Shown: piece after piece, positions 37,180 through 51,652 of the stretch | Position numbering within the stretch: position 1 is the stretch's first letter | Layout: every line of letters begins with the position of its first letter | Assembly: GCF_001194135.2 (NCBI RefSeq) | Contig: NC_068989.1 | Coordinates: forward strand, 35,082,429-35,135,429 | Source: Octopus bimaculoides | Taxonomy: Eukaryota | DNA: 53,001 nt | Reading direction: 5' to 3' | Program-made: the position numbers and the translations under genes | Notes under the pieces: model-generated | Databases searched by the model: none | What the model was told of the DNA's origin: nothing | The model's input: the letters and a program-made list of their open reading frames with translations, nothing else

Positions 37180-37387
37180 GAGCTGGCAGAAACGTTAGCA
37201 CGCCGAGTGAAATGCTTATCGGTATTGTGTCTGTCTTTACGCTCTGAGTTCAAATTCCGCCGAGGTCGACTTTGCCTTTTATCCTTTCGGGGTCGATAAA
37301 TTAAGTACCCGTTGCGTATTGGGGTCGATCTAATCGACTGGCTCCCTCTCCAAAATTTCGGGCTTTGTGCCTAGATTAGAAAAGGAT
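37180..37387 (+). mobile_element. SINE family A
   Basis: GAGCTGGCAGAAACGTTAGCACGCC...TGTGCCTAGATTAGAAAAGGATTT. Confidence 0.9.
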
Positions 37388-37769
37388 TTACCGTCACATA
37401 TTCTTACGCAAACTCACTCATACACACGCGCGCGCGCGCACATCCACCCACATACGTGACTGGCCTTGGGCGTTCAGTTCTTTGCTGCAGTCATAAGGAC
37501 ACCTACGTGATATACGGCATGTCTTGGGCATTTTTTCATCTGAGCGAGCCAGTCTCTTACTAGGTCTGACCACAATCAATTTCTTCTGGGATAGAAAGAG
37601 GGACAGATAGAAAGAGAGAGTAAGAGGAGAATCGACGGCAGTTTAAGATGGGTATTTTATTTACCAATCACGAAGGGTGCAAAGTTGACTCCAAGAGTAT
37701 AAGTCGAAGACTTTGCTGTTTGGTAGTGATAACTTCTGCTGATAGGTATCTGCATCATATTTGTTTCAA

Positions 37770-38152
37770 ATTTTGGCACAAGGCCAGTGATTTTAGGGGA
37801 GGGATAAGTCAGTTACATCGAAACCAGTATTCTTTTCTACTCTAGGCACAAGGCTCGAAATTTTGCGGGAGGCGACCTGTCAATTAGATCGACTCCAGTA
37901 CGCAATTAGTACTTAATTTATTGACCCCGAAAGGGGAATATGAACTCAGAACGTAAAGACAGACGAAATAGAGCTAAGCATTTCGCTCGGCGTGCTAACA
38001 TTTCTGCCAGCTCACCGGTACTTATTTTATCGAACCGAGGAAATGAAAAGCAAAGTCGACATTGGCGGAATTTGAACTCAGAACATAAAAACTGATGAAA
38101 TACTGTTAGGCATTTTGTCTGGCGTGCTAACGATTCTGCCAGCTGGCCGCCT
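37770..38152 (-). mobile_element. Cluster of truncated SINE A copies
   Basis: Several overlapping TTTGGCACAAGG and GAACTCAGAAC segments. Confidence 0.85.
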
Positions 38153-38499
38153 TGCTATCTACTTCATATAACGATCAAAATGTTTGCGTTCTCAAAGTCT
38201 ATGTTTTTGGATTTGCTTCACGTTATGTACCAGTTATTCTTTTAAATGCCTTTAAACTTCATAATGATAAAAATCAAAACGAAACAAAACAAAATAAAGA
38301 AGCTCTATTTATTTCCTAAATATGAAAACATTGTAAGTGCGAGGCGTGAACCCAACCGACCGACACAACGTTTTCAATAAAGAAAAACGCAAAGTTAGCG
38401 CACTTGTACTGATACATTTTTCGTAATTAATATTATTATGCCACATGTGTTTTTGTGCTTGCTTATATTTGCTTCCATCCATGATCCTTTGTATCGTGT

Positions 38500-38512
38500 A
38501 GGATACATACAA

Positions 38513-38543
<31 letters not shown>

Positions 38544-38762
38544 TGTATGTATGTATGTATNNNNNNNNNNNNNNNNNNNNNNNNNNNNNNNNNNNNNNNN
38601 NNNNNNNNNNNNNNNNNNNNNNNNNNNNNNNNNNNNNNNNNNNNNNNNNNNNNNNNNNNNNNNNNNNNNNNNNNNNNNNNNNNNNNNNNNNNNNNNNNNN
38701 NNNNNNNNNNNNNNNNNNNNNNNNNNNNNNNNNNNNNNNNNNNNNNNNNNNNNNNNNNNNNN

Positions 38763-38820
<58 letters not shown>

Positions 38821-38988
38821 CTGTTTCTTCATGCATAAAAAAATATATATACATACATACATACATACATATATATAGACATACATACATGCATGTATGT
38901 ATGCATGTATGCATGTATGGATGGACGGATGGATGGATATGTATATATATATATGTATATATACATATATGTATACGTATATATATAC

Positions 38989-39052
<64 letters not shown>

Positions 39053-39764
39053 TTATTTATACACACACGTACTCGTTTGTGTATGTGAGCACGGGAATGC
39101 CTACCCCTATTAGTGTGTGTGTGTGTGAATGGCTGCCCTATTTAAGTTTGTGTGTATGTATGTGTGTGTGAGTGTGTGTCCTATATGTGTTTCCGTTTGT
39201 GAGATGGCCTCCCGCGTTATTTCCCCCTCTTCCTTACTGTATATAAGTGCTCTTTTTCTTCTATGCGTTTGCTTCTTGTGTGTTCTTTACATGTGCACTC
39301 GTGTACTCGTGTGTGTGTAAGTATGTATGTTTTGTGTGTTTCATTGTATGTCTGCTCAACTTCTTTTTGAATGTGTGAGTGTATATGTGTATATGTGCTT
39401 GTGTGTGTGTGTGTGTATACATGAGTTCATATGTGTGAATGAGTGCACTGATGTTAAGAGGTGGACGGGTATGCTTGCGTGAATGGAGACATGCATGTGT
39501 GACTGTGCGAATGTGTGCGCGCGCGAGCGTGGTTATGTGTGTGTGTGTGTGTGTATGTGCGTGTGTGTGTGTATAGGTGAGATGGTCTCTTTTTCTTTTT
39601 GTAATTTTTTTTCTTTTCTAAAGCAGAAATGTGTGTACGTGTGTATAGGGGTGGGGGAGATACTTGCTGGTTAGCAGTCTGTCTGAGAATAGGGGATAGG
39701 ATGGAAGAGGTAGAAAGAGAGAGCGAGAAAAAGAGAGAGAAATACAGTGAGGGTGGGGGAGAAA

Positions 39765-39805
<41 letters not shown>

Positions 39806-39972
39806 TTAGGGGGTTGGTGTTGAGTAGAAAAGAGAACATAGAAGCAGGACAAGGCAACTTGAAGAAACACGATATATATCTATATATTATATACACACAA
39901 TCATAACAAACCAAACACCACCACCACCACCTTTATCATCATCACCATCACCGTCATCATCATCATCATCAA

Positions 39973-40019
<47 letters not shown>

Positions 40020-40343
40020 CCACCGTCGTCGTCGTCGTCATCACCACTACCACTACCACCACTACTACCACCACCATCACCATCATTATCATCATCAATA
40101 ATACAAGTATCACAAACGTTAACGATAATTATGATTTCTAATATTTAATATTTATTTCTAAAATAACAATATGAAAAAGAACAATAATAGTTAAGAACTG
40201 AGTTGATATTAATCGATGACACTCCCACCCACCGCCACCAAAATTTCAGGTTTTGTACCTTTATTAGACAGTTATAAATATAATTATAACGATTATTGTT
40301 GTAGTATTAAACAATTGCAGCAACAACAGCAGCAGCATCAACA

Positions 40344-40381
<38 letters not shown>

Positions 40382-40400
40382 GCCGTAATTATTAGAACAG
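38500..40400. repeat. Compound microsatellite field
   Basis: (TATG)n, (TA)n, (TATC)n, (GT)n, (GA)n, (CAT/CAC)n and (AAT)n tracts. Confidence 0.95.
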
Positions 40401-40684
40401 TTGGCTACAGCAACAAGTTCTACATTGAAAAGTTGAAAACCCTAAAACAATTCTAAAAGTTATTTCTTGGCAGTGTATTGTAGCAGACATTGGGGGAAGG
40501 GCAGAGTGAGGAGACTCTGGGGAGATTGAAAGAGGGACAGAAATAGTGAGAGTCAGACAGAAAGTAAGAATAGAAAGGCAGTCAGTTTAAATAGTGTTAG
40601 AGTCAGAGAGATAGAGAGATGGTTGGATGGCTGGAAAGGGAAATTATAAGAAAGGCAAAAAACTCGACCTCCTAAAGAGATCGT

Positions 40685-41309
40685 ATGTCTGAGCTAGAGA
40701 CGACAAGGAATCGCTTGCCACAGTGGAAGTGCTCAAGTCTAACAACGGGAACAACTACAACAACAATAACAACAACAACATTATCTCTATCAGTAGTAGT
40801 AGCAGCAACAGCAGCATCAACGACGGTAGCAGCAAGAGTAAGCATGACCATTCCTTCTACTGCTACCACTGCCATCCTAACATCTATAGCACCCACTAGC
40901 TCTACCCACTGTGTCGTACCAATAACAGCTACGACAACCACAATAGGCAGAGGTGTCACTATAAACGTCACACTTTTCCCGGATAGAGTTTCTCCAAGAA
41001 AAGCTGACAAAGACGATGATAATTTTGAGAGAGATGGCACTGGCGACCAGAAAGCCGGCTTGCTGTCTTACAGTGATTCTCAGACTTACAGTCCCGTAAC
41101 TGCAACTACAACGTATTTTCGTTATGGCTTCTTCTTTGCAAAGTCGGCGGCTATTGCTAGAAGGGATGGACTTCGGCCGTTAACAGATTTCTTGTTCTGG
41201 GCCTTACTGTTAGTTATATTGGATATCCCTAAATGTGGACCTGTAGTCACGTGGGCGCGACCACTGCACCCGCCACCACCCGTTGACGGAATGCTGCAGA
41301 AAAGGACAG
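40685..41309 (+). CDS. Candidate host coding exon, product unknown
   Basis: 218-codon ATG ORF (40685-41341) outside recognisable TEs. Hydrophobic stretch FLFWALLLVILDIPKCGPVVTWA. Donor-like AG|GTTTGT at 41309/41310 (phase 1). No homology recognised. Confidence 0.35.
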
Positions 41310-41622
41310 GTTTGTATACTATCTACAAGTGTGTATTTTAGCGACCCCTTGCTTCCTTTTTTTATATATTGCTTCCTCCCGTTTCTTACAGCTTTTTATT
41401 TTATACACTTTCATTACAACTGTAGTTTCTGTCTGCTGGCATCTCAGTCAATATCTCTTTCTCTCACCCTTTGGGGTTCCTTCATTGCCAGTTTCCTTTA
41501 TCTCTCGCAGATATTTTTCTTTCCTTTCCATCTTTCTCTTGGAAATCTGAACGAAAATATTTCGGATTCATTCGCTATTTTAATTTACAAACCATACACA
41601 CACACACACACATGCACACACG

Positions 41623-41711
<89 letters not shown>

Positions 41712-42788
41712 CGAGCATGTCTCGTAGTACACTCGCGCATATATACAAAGAATGTATGTGTTTGTATTTATATTTGATGGTTTCGATTCCAGCATGGTCA
41801 TAAAATTATTCGTTAGCAAAACCTTCTCTGTTCTTTCAGTTTTCATAGAGTTATTTATCTTCCTCCAAAATTTCATAACTGCATTTTTGAGGAGTTGGTT
41901 TAAACCCTACAGAAGGAGACAGGTTTATGCTTTATATGTGTTTCTGGTATTATCTTGATCAAATTTGCGTTCCCTTTACGGGGACTCTCGGAATAGCTAT
42001 CACTACCTCGTGGGTAAAGAAAAGAGCAAGGAATTACTTACTTTCCTTCATTTTTTTTTTTAGTATTCCTGTATTTCATGCAACGGCAATTACAATTCTC
42101 AATGGATCTTTTTCTCAAAAAATTAAAATTGTTATGCATTTGCTCCCCAGTTCCGCGCATTTACCTTTCTCGTGTGGTAGTGACAGCTATTCCGAAAGTC
42201 TGTCCTATTTCCTTCCTTTGATCAGAAACGATAAAACCTATATTAGTAATATATTTGTTTTATCGATTCTGTTGATTATAGGCCAGTTCTTTACAAAACT
42301 AACAATCCACCAATTTGGCACATGACCATACAGTTATTAAAAGAGAAGTTGAGTGGAGTAGTTGATTAACTTTACCCGTTAGTAAATTATCTTATCGAAC
42401 CCTCCACCCCCAGTGAAATTCGAAGTCAAACTCCAAATCGAGATTAAATATTACAAGACAATTGTACTATCTTCGAACGTATCTACTTCACTTCCTGGTT
42501 TCTTCATAATGTCGTTATTCTCGACTTTTAAACCGGTCTCCACTCACGTCATTGGCACTAAATTCAGAGGTCCTATCAGCCACGAACCCGTTTCCCTATT
42601 CCCTGACAAATATATAGATTTTAAAAAAGATGCCGAATGACTTTAAATGAATAAGAAAGGAAACTTGTGGCGTTTATGCGTTTCTCTAGGACGTTGACTG
42701 CGAAAATAAAGTGAAATAGTCACAACCAAAATGTGAAACCGAGTCGGCGATGGTCATTGATATTCTGGAGTTGATTCTGTCATTCGCC

Positions 42789-43152
42789 TTTTACTTGATT
42801 CAGTCACTGGATTGCTGCCTGCTAGGGCACGCCTTGATGGGCTTAGTCGAGCAAATCGGTCCGAGTACATGTTTTAAAGTCTGCTACTTATTCTATTGGT
42901 ATCTTTTACTGAACCATTAAGTTACAGGATGTAAGCCAACCAACACCAGTTATGAAGGGGTCGGAACAAACAAACACAAAGACGTATACATATATACAAT
43001 GTGCTTCCACACAGTTTCCGTCTACCAAACGCACTCGCAAGGCATTTGTCGGCGAAGGCTATAGCAGAAACCGCTTACCCAAGGTGCCGCGCAGTGGGAC
43101 TGAATCCGAAACAACGAGGTAGCAAAGTGAGCTTCTTAACCACACAGCCTAT
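42789..43152 (-). mobile_element. Degenerate full-length SINE family C
   Basis: Reverse complement of the head and tail seen at 34578-35768. Confidence 0.8.
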
Positions 43153-43767
43153 GTGCAAAATAAACAAATAAAAAAATTTCGAGTATTTAGAAGGTGGTGG
43201 TGGTGGCAGAGATTGCAAATGCAGTAGAACGTTGCACTGAATGCTTTATAGACGTGGCTGTGTGGTTAAAAAATTTCTTCAGCACCTACATGGATTCAGT
43301 TTCGATCCTATTTCAAGGTACCTTGAACCTCGGGTTGACCAGTGCCTTGTCAGTAAAATTTGGCAGAAATTGTGAAAGTTTCTCAGAGGGAATGTTTTTG
43401 TTTTATTGTGGCAAGATCAATCCGTCACCCAATTTAATACTATTACTTAAATCTTGGATGACTTTCGCGGAGTAATTTCTGTTCTAAGAGTTTGGAGCAA
43501 AGCTCCAGTCTTATGGTAACATTCTCCATTCCTTCCAGCAGTTTTAGAAACGAATCACAGGCGCCGACCTCCCGCTTCTAGCCCAGCCACTGATATATCA
43601 GTGTTACATTTGTATTTTGAGAAAAGACTTTGTGTTTTGGTAAAATAAATATTCCCATGCATTGACTCTATCGACCAATCAGGAGCCCTACACAGGAAAA
43701 TGTAAAGAAATTTCCAGTTCACCAAATCAGAATCTCATTTTCACTTACCGATTGTTATGGAGGTGCA

Positions 43768-43880
43768 TAGCTTACCGGTTAAGGTACTGGATCCACGATC
43801 GTGAGATCGTAATTTCGATTTCTGGACCAGGCAGCACATTGTGCCTTTGAGCAAAGCTTTTCATTACACGTTGCTGAAAA
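43768..43880 (+). mobile_element. Old tRNA-type SINE head
   Basis: GGAGGTGCATAGCTTACCGGTTAAGG...TTTCGATTTCTGG...TGTGCCTTTGAGCAAAG. Confidence 0.55.
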
Positions 43881-45427
43881 TGAATCCAATCAGTTGGGGG
43901 TTAACCTTGTGACAGATAAGTTCTATTCAGTGAGGTGAGGGGACTTTTGTGTTCCAAGTAGCTTATACACTTCTCAAACCGGAGTAAACTCCGGCCAAGT
44001 GAGTCTGTAGGCTCGTGAACAAGTACAATGTATAAATACCACAACTTGATCGAGTAGAATTACAATCAAAACTATTCCAGTCGCAGCCACCCGTCTTTTC
44101 TCTAGAAAACTCAGTAATATATTATCAAATATGTTCTTTTCTTAGGCAGTAGGGTATGATTTAATGGACATTTGGTTGATGTTTTTAGCAAGTCGAGTTA
44201 CTGCGTGAAAGCTCCTTCTTTGAAGGTATTGTGGATTGTTTCATTCAGAATGTTTTGGAGTGGCAGAATAATTCAACCCCAAGTTAGTTGGTATATTTAT
44301 AGGTTATGAGAATTTGGTAGACGGAAACTGTAAAAGACCGTCAGCAGAGCTTTTCTTGTCTTTTGGGGATGGGTGGGTAGGTGAGGGAGTAGACTTAATT
44401 CGTCGCCCGGTTTAACACCATCTGGACTTTTGAGGAGTCCACCCTGTAGTAATAATTTGGCCCTATTCTCTGGTCTGAGAATAACTTCCCTCTTTACTGC
44501 CACATGTTGTGAAGGCCCTGAAAAAAGGTCATGGACAAAAGCATAGTTTCATTTCATGACCTTCGCAAACCTTACTCAATCGTCAGTGACTGAGGTGATA
44601 AGTTGTAATATTAGAAACCGAAATTCGTATCTGTCACTGGCACTGCAGTTTTACAACTTACACATACTTTTCACTGGTCCAGTCAGTCCATTTAGCTGTC
44701 TGTGTGCAATACAAAGTGGACTCCGCTAAAGTCACCCAATCACCTAACGGTGGTCGGCGTTCAATTTGGCCCATATTATCAATAAGTCCATATGACTTTA
44801 ATTAACTTGTAATATTAAGTTCCAGGCATTCTGAACACGACAATCCACATTAGCTTCAAAGAAGGACCCTGCACTCGGTCGATCGATATACTAAAAAATA
44901 GTAAGCGAATCTCTATCCACTCACATTTTAGGACATGTTTGAAAATATAATACTGAGTTTTCTGGAGCTAAGACGGAAAACACGACTGGAATTATTTTGA
45001 ACACAATCCTACTCGATTAGGATGACCTCGGGTTAAATCCTAAAGGTCAACGGTACAAGGCACTTGAATATCAACTTTTTTACTCAGAAGTGTATGCGAC
45101 TGTAAAGTGCCGACCAGCTGAAATAGCAGCCAAAATTTTCCTCAAATCACACGCTTACCGTCCTAAAATGGAATAACACATTGGACACAGAAGATTCTGA
45201 TATAAAAAAGAAACTGAATAGATCCTATAAAAATAATACGGGATGGGCATGACTGGAATGACTTTGATTTGCTCGATCGGGACTGACCTGGAGCTAAACA
45301 CCAATTGTATGAGATATATTTGGCAGATATAGCTCGACATTAATACATAATGACGAATATAAACTATCTGTACGAGTATCTCACAAGTAGATTTAATGAT
45401 AACGACGATGATGATGATGATGACGAT

Positions 45428-45486
<59 letters not shown>

Positions 45487-45548
45487 GGACGATCATGATG
45501 CTGACAGCCGTCTGCTTTTTAAATCGTGCATGTTTATATGAAGAAATA

Positions 45549-45611
<63 letters not shown>

Positions 45612-45746
45612 TGTATGTAGATATTACATTGACATGTATTATATAACATTACACAACACACTTATATATGTATGTATATTATATATATGTATATGCATTT
45701 GTGTGTGTGTATATATATATGTATATGCATATGTATATATACATAC

Positions 45747-45778
<32 letters not shown>

Positions 45779-45791
45779 GTATATATATATG

Positions 45792-45847
<56 letters not shown>

Positions 45848-45848
45848 A

Positions 45849-45909
<61 letters not shown>

Positions 45910-46249
45910 TATATGTGCGTGTAAGTTATTTGTTATATAACAAACACACATTGTCTATCAGTGCGTGTGTTTTATATTGATACATGTTATATAACATATA
46001 TACACATACATATATGAATATGTGTGTGTGATTGTGTGTGTATGTTATGTTGCTATGTTATATAACATCTCTCTCTTGCTCTCTGTCTCTTACACAATAC
46101 ATATGTGTGTTTGTGTGTGTGTTATATCGATGTGTTATGTAACACGTATCGCATATTCGCATACACACACGTGCCTGTGTGTGTTATACTGATGTGCTAT
46201 ATATAATCCATATAACACACGCACGCGCGCGCCTGTGTCTGGTGAATTG

Positions 46250-46860
46250 AAGCAAAGTATCAATCAGATCTGAGTGATTTATGGTCTTTTTAAGAAACAA
46301 ATTGCCATTTTAGCTTCTGCAATGTCTGGCGATGCTGCCGCCAAATTGTTTACCATTGACTTTTATGCAATGTAGTCCGGAGACCTTTAGTTGCTTCAAC
46401 AGTCATGATTCAGCAAGTTTTTAAAATGTTCTTTCCATCTGTTATTGCCGGTTCTTTTATATGCTTTGTACCATCTTTAGATCGGAATAGGGCTGGATTT
46501 ACTCGGACTATAGATTGTAGTAGATCTCCTGAAGAAACTTGTATGTCATGCACTCAGCCTCTGGATTTCAAGTGCTTTGGCTGGTCACCTATTGTAATTC
46601 ATTGTACTTGTTTATTCTGGACCACAGCCCTTCTCTTTTTCATTTTGCTGGCAAGCTTTCCTTTTGCACTTATTTTCCTTGGTATTTTGGAAAACCTGAG
46701 AAGCCACATCCTTTTTGTTGACCAGCATCTTGGATTTGGGCGTTGTTTTGAACAAATCAACCCTGCTGTTTCCTTACTGTGAAACCTAAGGGCTCCTGAC
46801 AAACTGCAGAAACGCTTGTCCTTAGATCTCACCAGGTGTTTTCAAAGCTGCCGTAATAAT
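46250..46860 (-). mobile_element. RTE-like LINE fragment (endonuclease-RT linker)
   Basis: Frameshifted FVQNNAQIQD, PIPIRSKDGTK and DRWKEHFKNLLNH. Confidence 0.7.
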
Positions 46861-46925
46861 CATTTGCGTACAGGTTGTTGAGAATTGCGAGTACGTCCAA
46901 TATCTGGGTAATTACTTATCTCAGT

Positions 46926-47213
46926 GGAGGCGCAATGGCCCAGTGGTTAGGGCAGCGGACTCGCGGTCATAGGATCGTGGTTTCGATTCCCAGACCGGGC
47001 GTTGTGAGTGTTTATTGAGCGAAAACACCTAAAACTCCACGAGGCTCCGGCAGGGGATGGTGGTGAACCCTGCTGTACTCTTTCACCACAACTTTCTCTC
47101 ACCCTTACTTCCTGTTTCTGTTGTGCCTGTAATTCAAAGGGTCAGCCTTGTCACACTGTGTCACGCTGAATATCCCCGAGAACTACGTTAAGGGTACACG
47201 TGTCTGTGAAATG
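46926..47213 (+). mobile_element. tRNA-derived SINE (family D); runs into an assembly gap
   Basis: A box TGGCCCAGTGG and B box GGTTTCGATTCC, followed by a non-tRNA body. Confidence 0.8.
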
Positions 47214-47823
47214 NNNNNNNNNNNNNNNNNNNNNNNNNNNNNNNNNNNNNNNNNNNNNNNNNNNNNNNNNNNNNNNNNNNNNNNNNNNNNNNNNNNNNNN
47301 NNNNNNNNNNNNNNNNNNNNNNNNNNNNNNNNNNNNNNNNNNNNNNNNNNNNNNNNNNNNNNNNNNNNNNNNNNNNNNNNNNNNNNNNNNNNNNNNNNNN
47401 NNNNNNNNNNNNNNNNNNNNNNNNNNNNNNNNNNNNNNNNNNNNNNNNNNNNNNNNNNNNNNNNNNNNNNNNNNNNNNNNNNNNNNNNNNNNNNNNNNNN
47501 NNNNNNNNNNNNNNNNNNNNNNNNNNNNNNNNNNNNNNNNNNNNNNNNNNNNNNNNNNNNNNNNNNNNNNNNNNNNNNNNNNNNNNNNNNNNNNNNNNNN
47601 NNNNNNNNNNNNNNNNNNNNNNNNNNNNNNNNNNNNNNNNNNNNNNNNNNNNNNNNNNNNNAATACAAGAACGTATAAAACCGAAAGAAAAGTTGCTAAG
47701 CATTTTGTCCGACATATCAAAAGTTCTGCTAGCGCGAAGGGTAAATTATGCAGATTCAGTGACAGAAAAGATGTGTGTGGGTGGAATCAGAGTACACGAA
47801 CAAACCAATATCTCTCGCATGAA

Positions 47824-48066
47824 AAGGCGGCGAGCTGGCAGAAACGTTAGCACGCCGGGCAAAATGCTTAGCAATATTTCATCTGTCGTTACGCATGAGT
47901 TCAAATTTCATCTGTCGTTACGCCTGACTTCAAATTTCCTCGAGGTCGACTTTGCCATTCATCCTTTCGGGGTCGATAAATTAAGTACCTGTTGCGTACT
48001 GAAGTCGATCTAATCGACTGGCCCCCTTCCCAAAAAATTTGGGCCTTGTGCCTAGAGCAGAAAAGA
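47824..48066 (+). mobile_element. Full-length SINE family A with a small internal duplication
   Basis: AAGGCGGCGAGCTGGCAGAAACGTTAG...TGTGCCTAGAGCAGAAAAG. Confidence 0.9.
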
Positions 48067-49358
48067 ATACCTCCTGCATGAAATCATGATTATGTCTGTT
48101 TGGCATGTCTAACGAAAGTTGGACCATGGATCAAGTAAACAATTTTACTTCCATATGAATGAAAGAATAAAATGCACTCGGACAAACGAAGCAGATTAAT
48201 ACATTTTAAGTGTGGTTTGAATGAGAGTTGTTCACACACACACACACACACACGCACACACGCACACACACATGTATATACATATAATGTGTATGTCTTT
48301 AGCTTTAAATAGTATAGCTTTAACTATTACACCGGTTAAATATGTACTAATTTTATCTTCATTATTATTTTAAACTTAAACTTCGTTCAACTTGTATTTA
48401 AAACAATGATAATTTAAAACAATGATAATTTATGTAAGATGTTTTTTGTATATAATATACATGTTATTATAATGGATGAAGGGATGATTATTGAATGGTT
48501 ATTATTTTGATATTATGATATTTTTAAAATAATTTTTCTATCTTTATATAAGTATTTCATATTAATTCATTTGGTACTTATTGTTGGTTGAGATATATAT
48601 CTAATTATTGTTCTACTTACGATCTGACGAGTAGCTATATTTTTGAATAGAATTTATTTTCGATAATTTCAATTGATTNNNNNNNNNNNNNNNNNNNNNN
48701 NNNNNNNNNNNNNNNNNNNNNNNNNNNNNNNNNNNNNNNNNNNNNNNNNNNNNNNNNNNNNNNNNNNNNNNNNNNNNNNNNNNNNNNNNNNNNNNNNNNN
48801 NNNNNNNNNNNNNNNNNNNNNNNNNNNNNNNNNNNNNNNNNNNNNNNNNNNNNNNNNNNNNNNNNNNNNNNNNNNNNNNNNNNNNNNNNNNNNNNNNNNN
48901 NNNNNNNNNNNNNNNNNNNNNNNNNNNNNNNNNNNNNNNNNNNNNNNNNNNNNNNNNNNNNNNNNNNNNNNNNNNNNNNNNNNNNNNNNNNNNNNNNNNN
49001 NNNNNNNNNNNNNNNNNNNNNNNNNNNNNNNNNNNNNNNNNNNNNNNNNNNNNNNNNNNNNNNNNNNNNNNNNNNNNNNNNNNNNNNNNNNNNNNNNNNN
49101 NNNNNNNNNNNNNNNNNNNNNNNNNNNNNNNNNNNATATATATATATATATATGTGTGTGTGTTTATATGTATATATACATTATATACATATGAGTATAA
49201 ACGTATATAGTTCATAGATGAGAATCAGTTATTCTCCGTATAGAATACATTTAGAAGTGCCGAAGAGAATTAAGCTTAAGCAGGTTTAGAAATAAATGTA
49301 GGGATAAGCAAGTTAGACAGATCAATTTATTAAGTTTTGCTATATTGATACATACGCA

Positions 49359-49449
<91 letters not shown>

Positions 49450-49849
49450 CTATCTAATAAATATATATACATNNNNNNNNNNNNNNNNNNNNNNNNNNNN
49501 NNNNNNNNNNNNNNNNNNNNNNNNNNNNNNNNNNNNNNNNNNTATATATATATTGCGAACAGAAGCTGGGTGCGCCAGTCTATCAAAGTTGTCCGATGTG
49601 AAGTTCAATAACTAGAAACTATTCCAAAGGCAGACACTATAAAATATGAATTCACGTAATTTTCCATTCAAACTTGATAAAACAAGAAACAGAAATAATG
49701 TGTATATAGGAGGATCAAATAACTACAGTTCCCTCGTAATTTTCTGGTATGGACTTAATCACTGCTTGTGTCTAGTGTGAATCCTTGCATGCATATATTT
49801 AAGTTTTTAGACATTCTTAGACATTTTTAGACATTGAACAAAATGACAA

Positions 49850-50520
49850 GAGTTTAACTGAGTCGGAAAATTATCAACCACCAACGCGAAGCAAAATTGC
49901 AAATGGGATAATTTCACTGGTTTCAGTATCTTGATCCGTTTATTGAATCTTCAACACTTTCTTAGAAGTTTAAAAACTGAGCTGTTATTCTCATTATTGA
50001 CAGCTTCTTTTCTCTCTTGTCGAAATGCCAGCAAGCATATCAAAGGGTAAATGGTATATTTAGATACCTTCAACAGTAACAACCATTTAGACCTGCAAAA
50101 ATTGTAAAGAGGTCATCATCTCTAGTTGAATCATACCCACAAGTTTCTGGAAGAACAATTTGGTGAAAAATTTGTGCAGATAACTTAAAAATAATCTTGC
50201 TTTTCATGCTGGCGCCACAAAAGACCTTGAACATTTACAGTTTTATCATTTGATAATTGACAATTTTCAAAGTTTTATTTTATAAATGTAGGAAACGCCT
50301 TGCGCCTCTATTTATCACTCTTGATTACCAACTGTAGCTGAGAACGCTTATTTTCAAAACTGGAAGAATTAAAACTGAACTAAGAAGTAACATGTGACAA
50401 AATAGACTGAACGATTTCATTGAAATGATCAGTGGACAAATATATTTCCAATATCGGCAAATAGATTTGGTCAAGCTAGAAAACGTAACTCTTCAGTAGT
50501 AGTTAAGAGAAGTTTCTGTT
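49850..50520 (+). mobile_element. hAT transposase remnant
   Basis: Frameshifted LRLYLSLLITNCS*ERLFSKL..IKTELRSNM*QNRL, matching the hAT dimerisation domain pattern. Confidence 0.7.
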
Positions 50521-50859
50521 TTAATTATGACCCCTTTGTAACATATGCTACAAGCTTAAAAGAAAAATAAATCCAAATAAAAACGTGACCTAGTGCTACT
50601 ATATTCGCCCTTCTGATTCAGTTAAAAATTACAGACACAAAAATCTCAGTTTCTCAGGTCACCAACTATTTGTCAACCACTTTTCCATTTCTCACCGAAA
50701 CGGTTTTCCTTATTTTCTTAACCTCAGTACTTGTAGTTCATCAAGGGAACCATGACGTAGTCTCTCAACCAGCCAGAAATAGCGGCCAACCTAGCAAAAC
50801 AAATTTCTCTCTCAAACCATACTGTACCATCTTGAATAATTGTTTCAAATTTTTGGGGA

Positions 50860-50998
50860 AGGCAAGTCATTTTAAGGGAGCAGGCCAGTCAATTACATCG
50901 ACCCCAGTACTGAACTGTTATACTTTATTTTACCGACATAAAGAAATACCGCTTAAATATTTTGTTCGCCGTGTTAACAATTCTGTCAGCTCGCCCCT

Positions 50999-51048
<50 letters not shown>

Positions 51049-51213
51049 ACAACAACAACAACAACAACAAAAATAACAACAGCAGCAGCAACATCAACAA
51101 CAACGGTTCCAAATTTTGGCACAAGGCTAACAATTTCGGACTTAGTAGTCGATTACATCGACCCAAGTGCTCAGCTGGTACTTATTTTATCAATTTTGAC
51201 AGGATGAAAGGCA
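50860..51213 (-). mobile_element. Two partial SINE A copies separated by (CTA)n/(AAC)n
   Basis: CAATTACATCGACCCCAGTACTG... and TTTTGGCACAAGG...GGATGAAAGGC. Confidence 0.8.
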
Positions 51214-51585
51214 NNNNNNNNNNNNNNNNNNNNNNNNNNNNNNNNNNNNNNNNNNNNNNNNNNNNNNNNNNNNNNNNNNNNNNNNNNNNNNNNNNNNNNN
51301 NNNNNNNNNNNNNNNNNNNNNNNNNNNNNNNNNNNNNNNNNNNNNNNNNNNNNNNNNNNNNNNNNNNNNNNNNNNNNNNNNNNNNNNNNNNNNNNNNNNN
51401 NNNNNNNNNNNNNNNNNNNNNNNNNNNNNNNNNNNNNNNNNNNNNNNNNNNNNNNNNNNNNNNNNNNNNNNNNNNNNNNNNNNNNNNNNNNNNNNNNNNN
51501 NNNNNNNNNNNNNNNNNNNNNNNNNNNNNNNNNNNNNNNNNNNNNNNNNNNNNNNNNNNNNNNNNNNNNNNNNNNNNNNNNNNNN

Positions 51586-51650
<65 letters not shown>

Positions 51651-51652
<2 letters not shown>

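Noticed and set aside
39901-40113. Poly-Met/Val ORF (minus) or poly-His reading (plus)
   Set aside because: It is a (CAT/CAC)n microsatellite with no start or splice evidence.
45350-45541. Poly-Asp ORF
   Set aside because: It is a (GAT/GAC)n repeat with no flanking coding signal.
46405-46782. 125-aa Cys-rich hydrophobic ORF as a downstream exon
   Set aside because: It is the antisense strand of an RTE-like LINE fragment.
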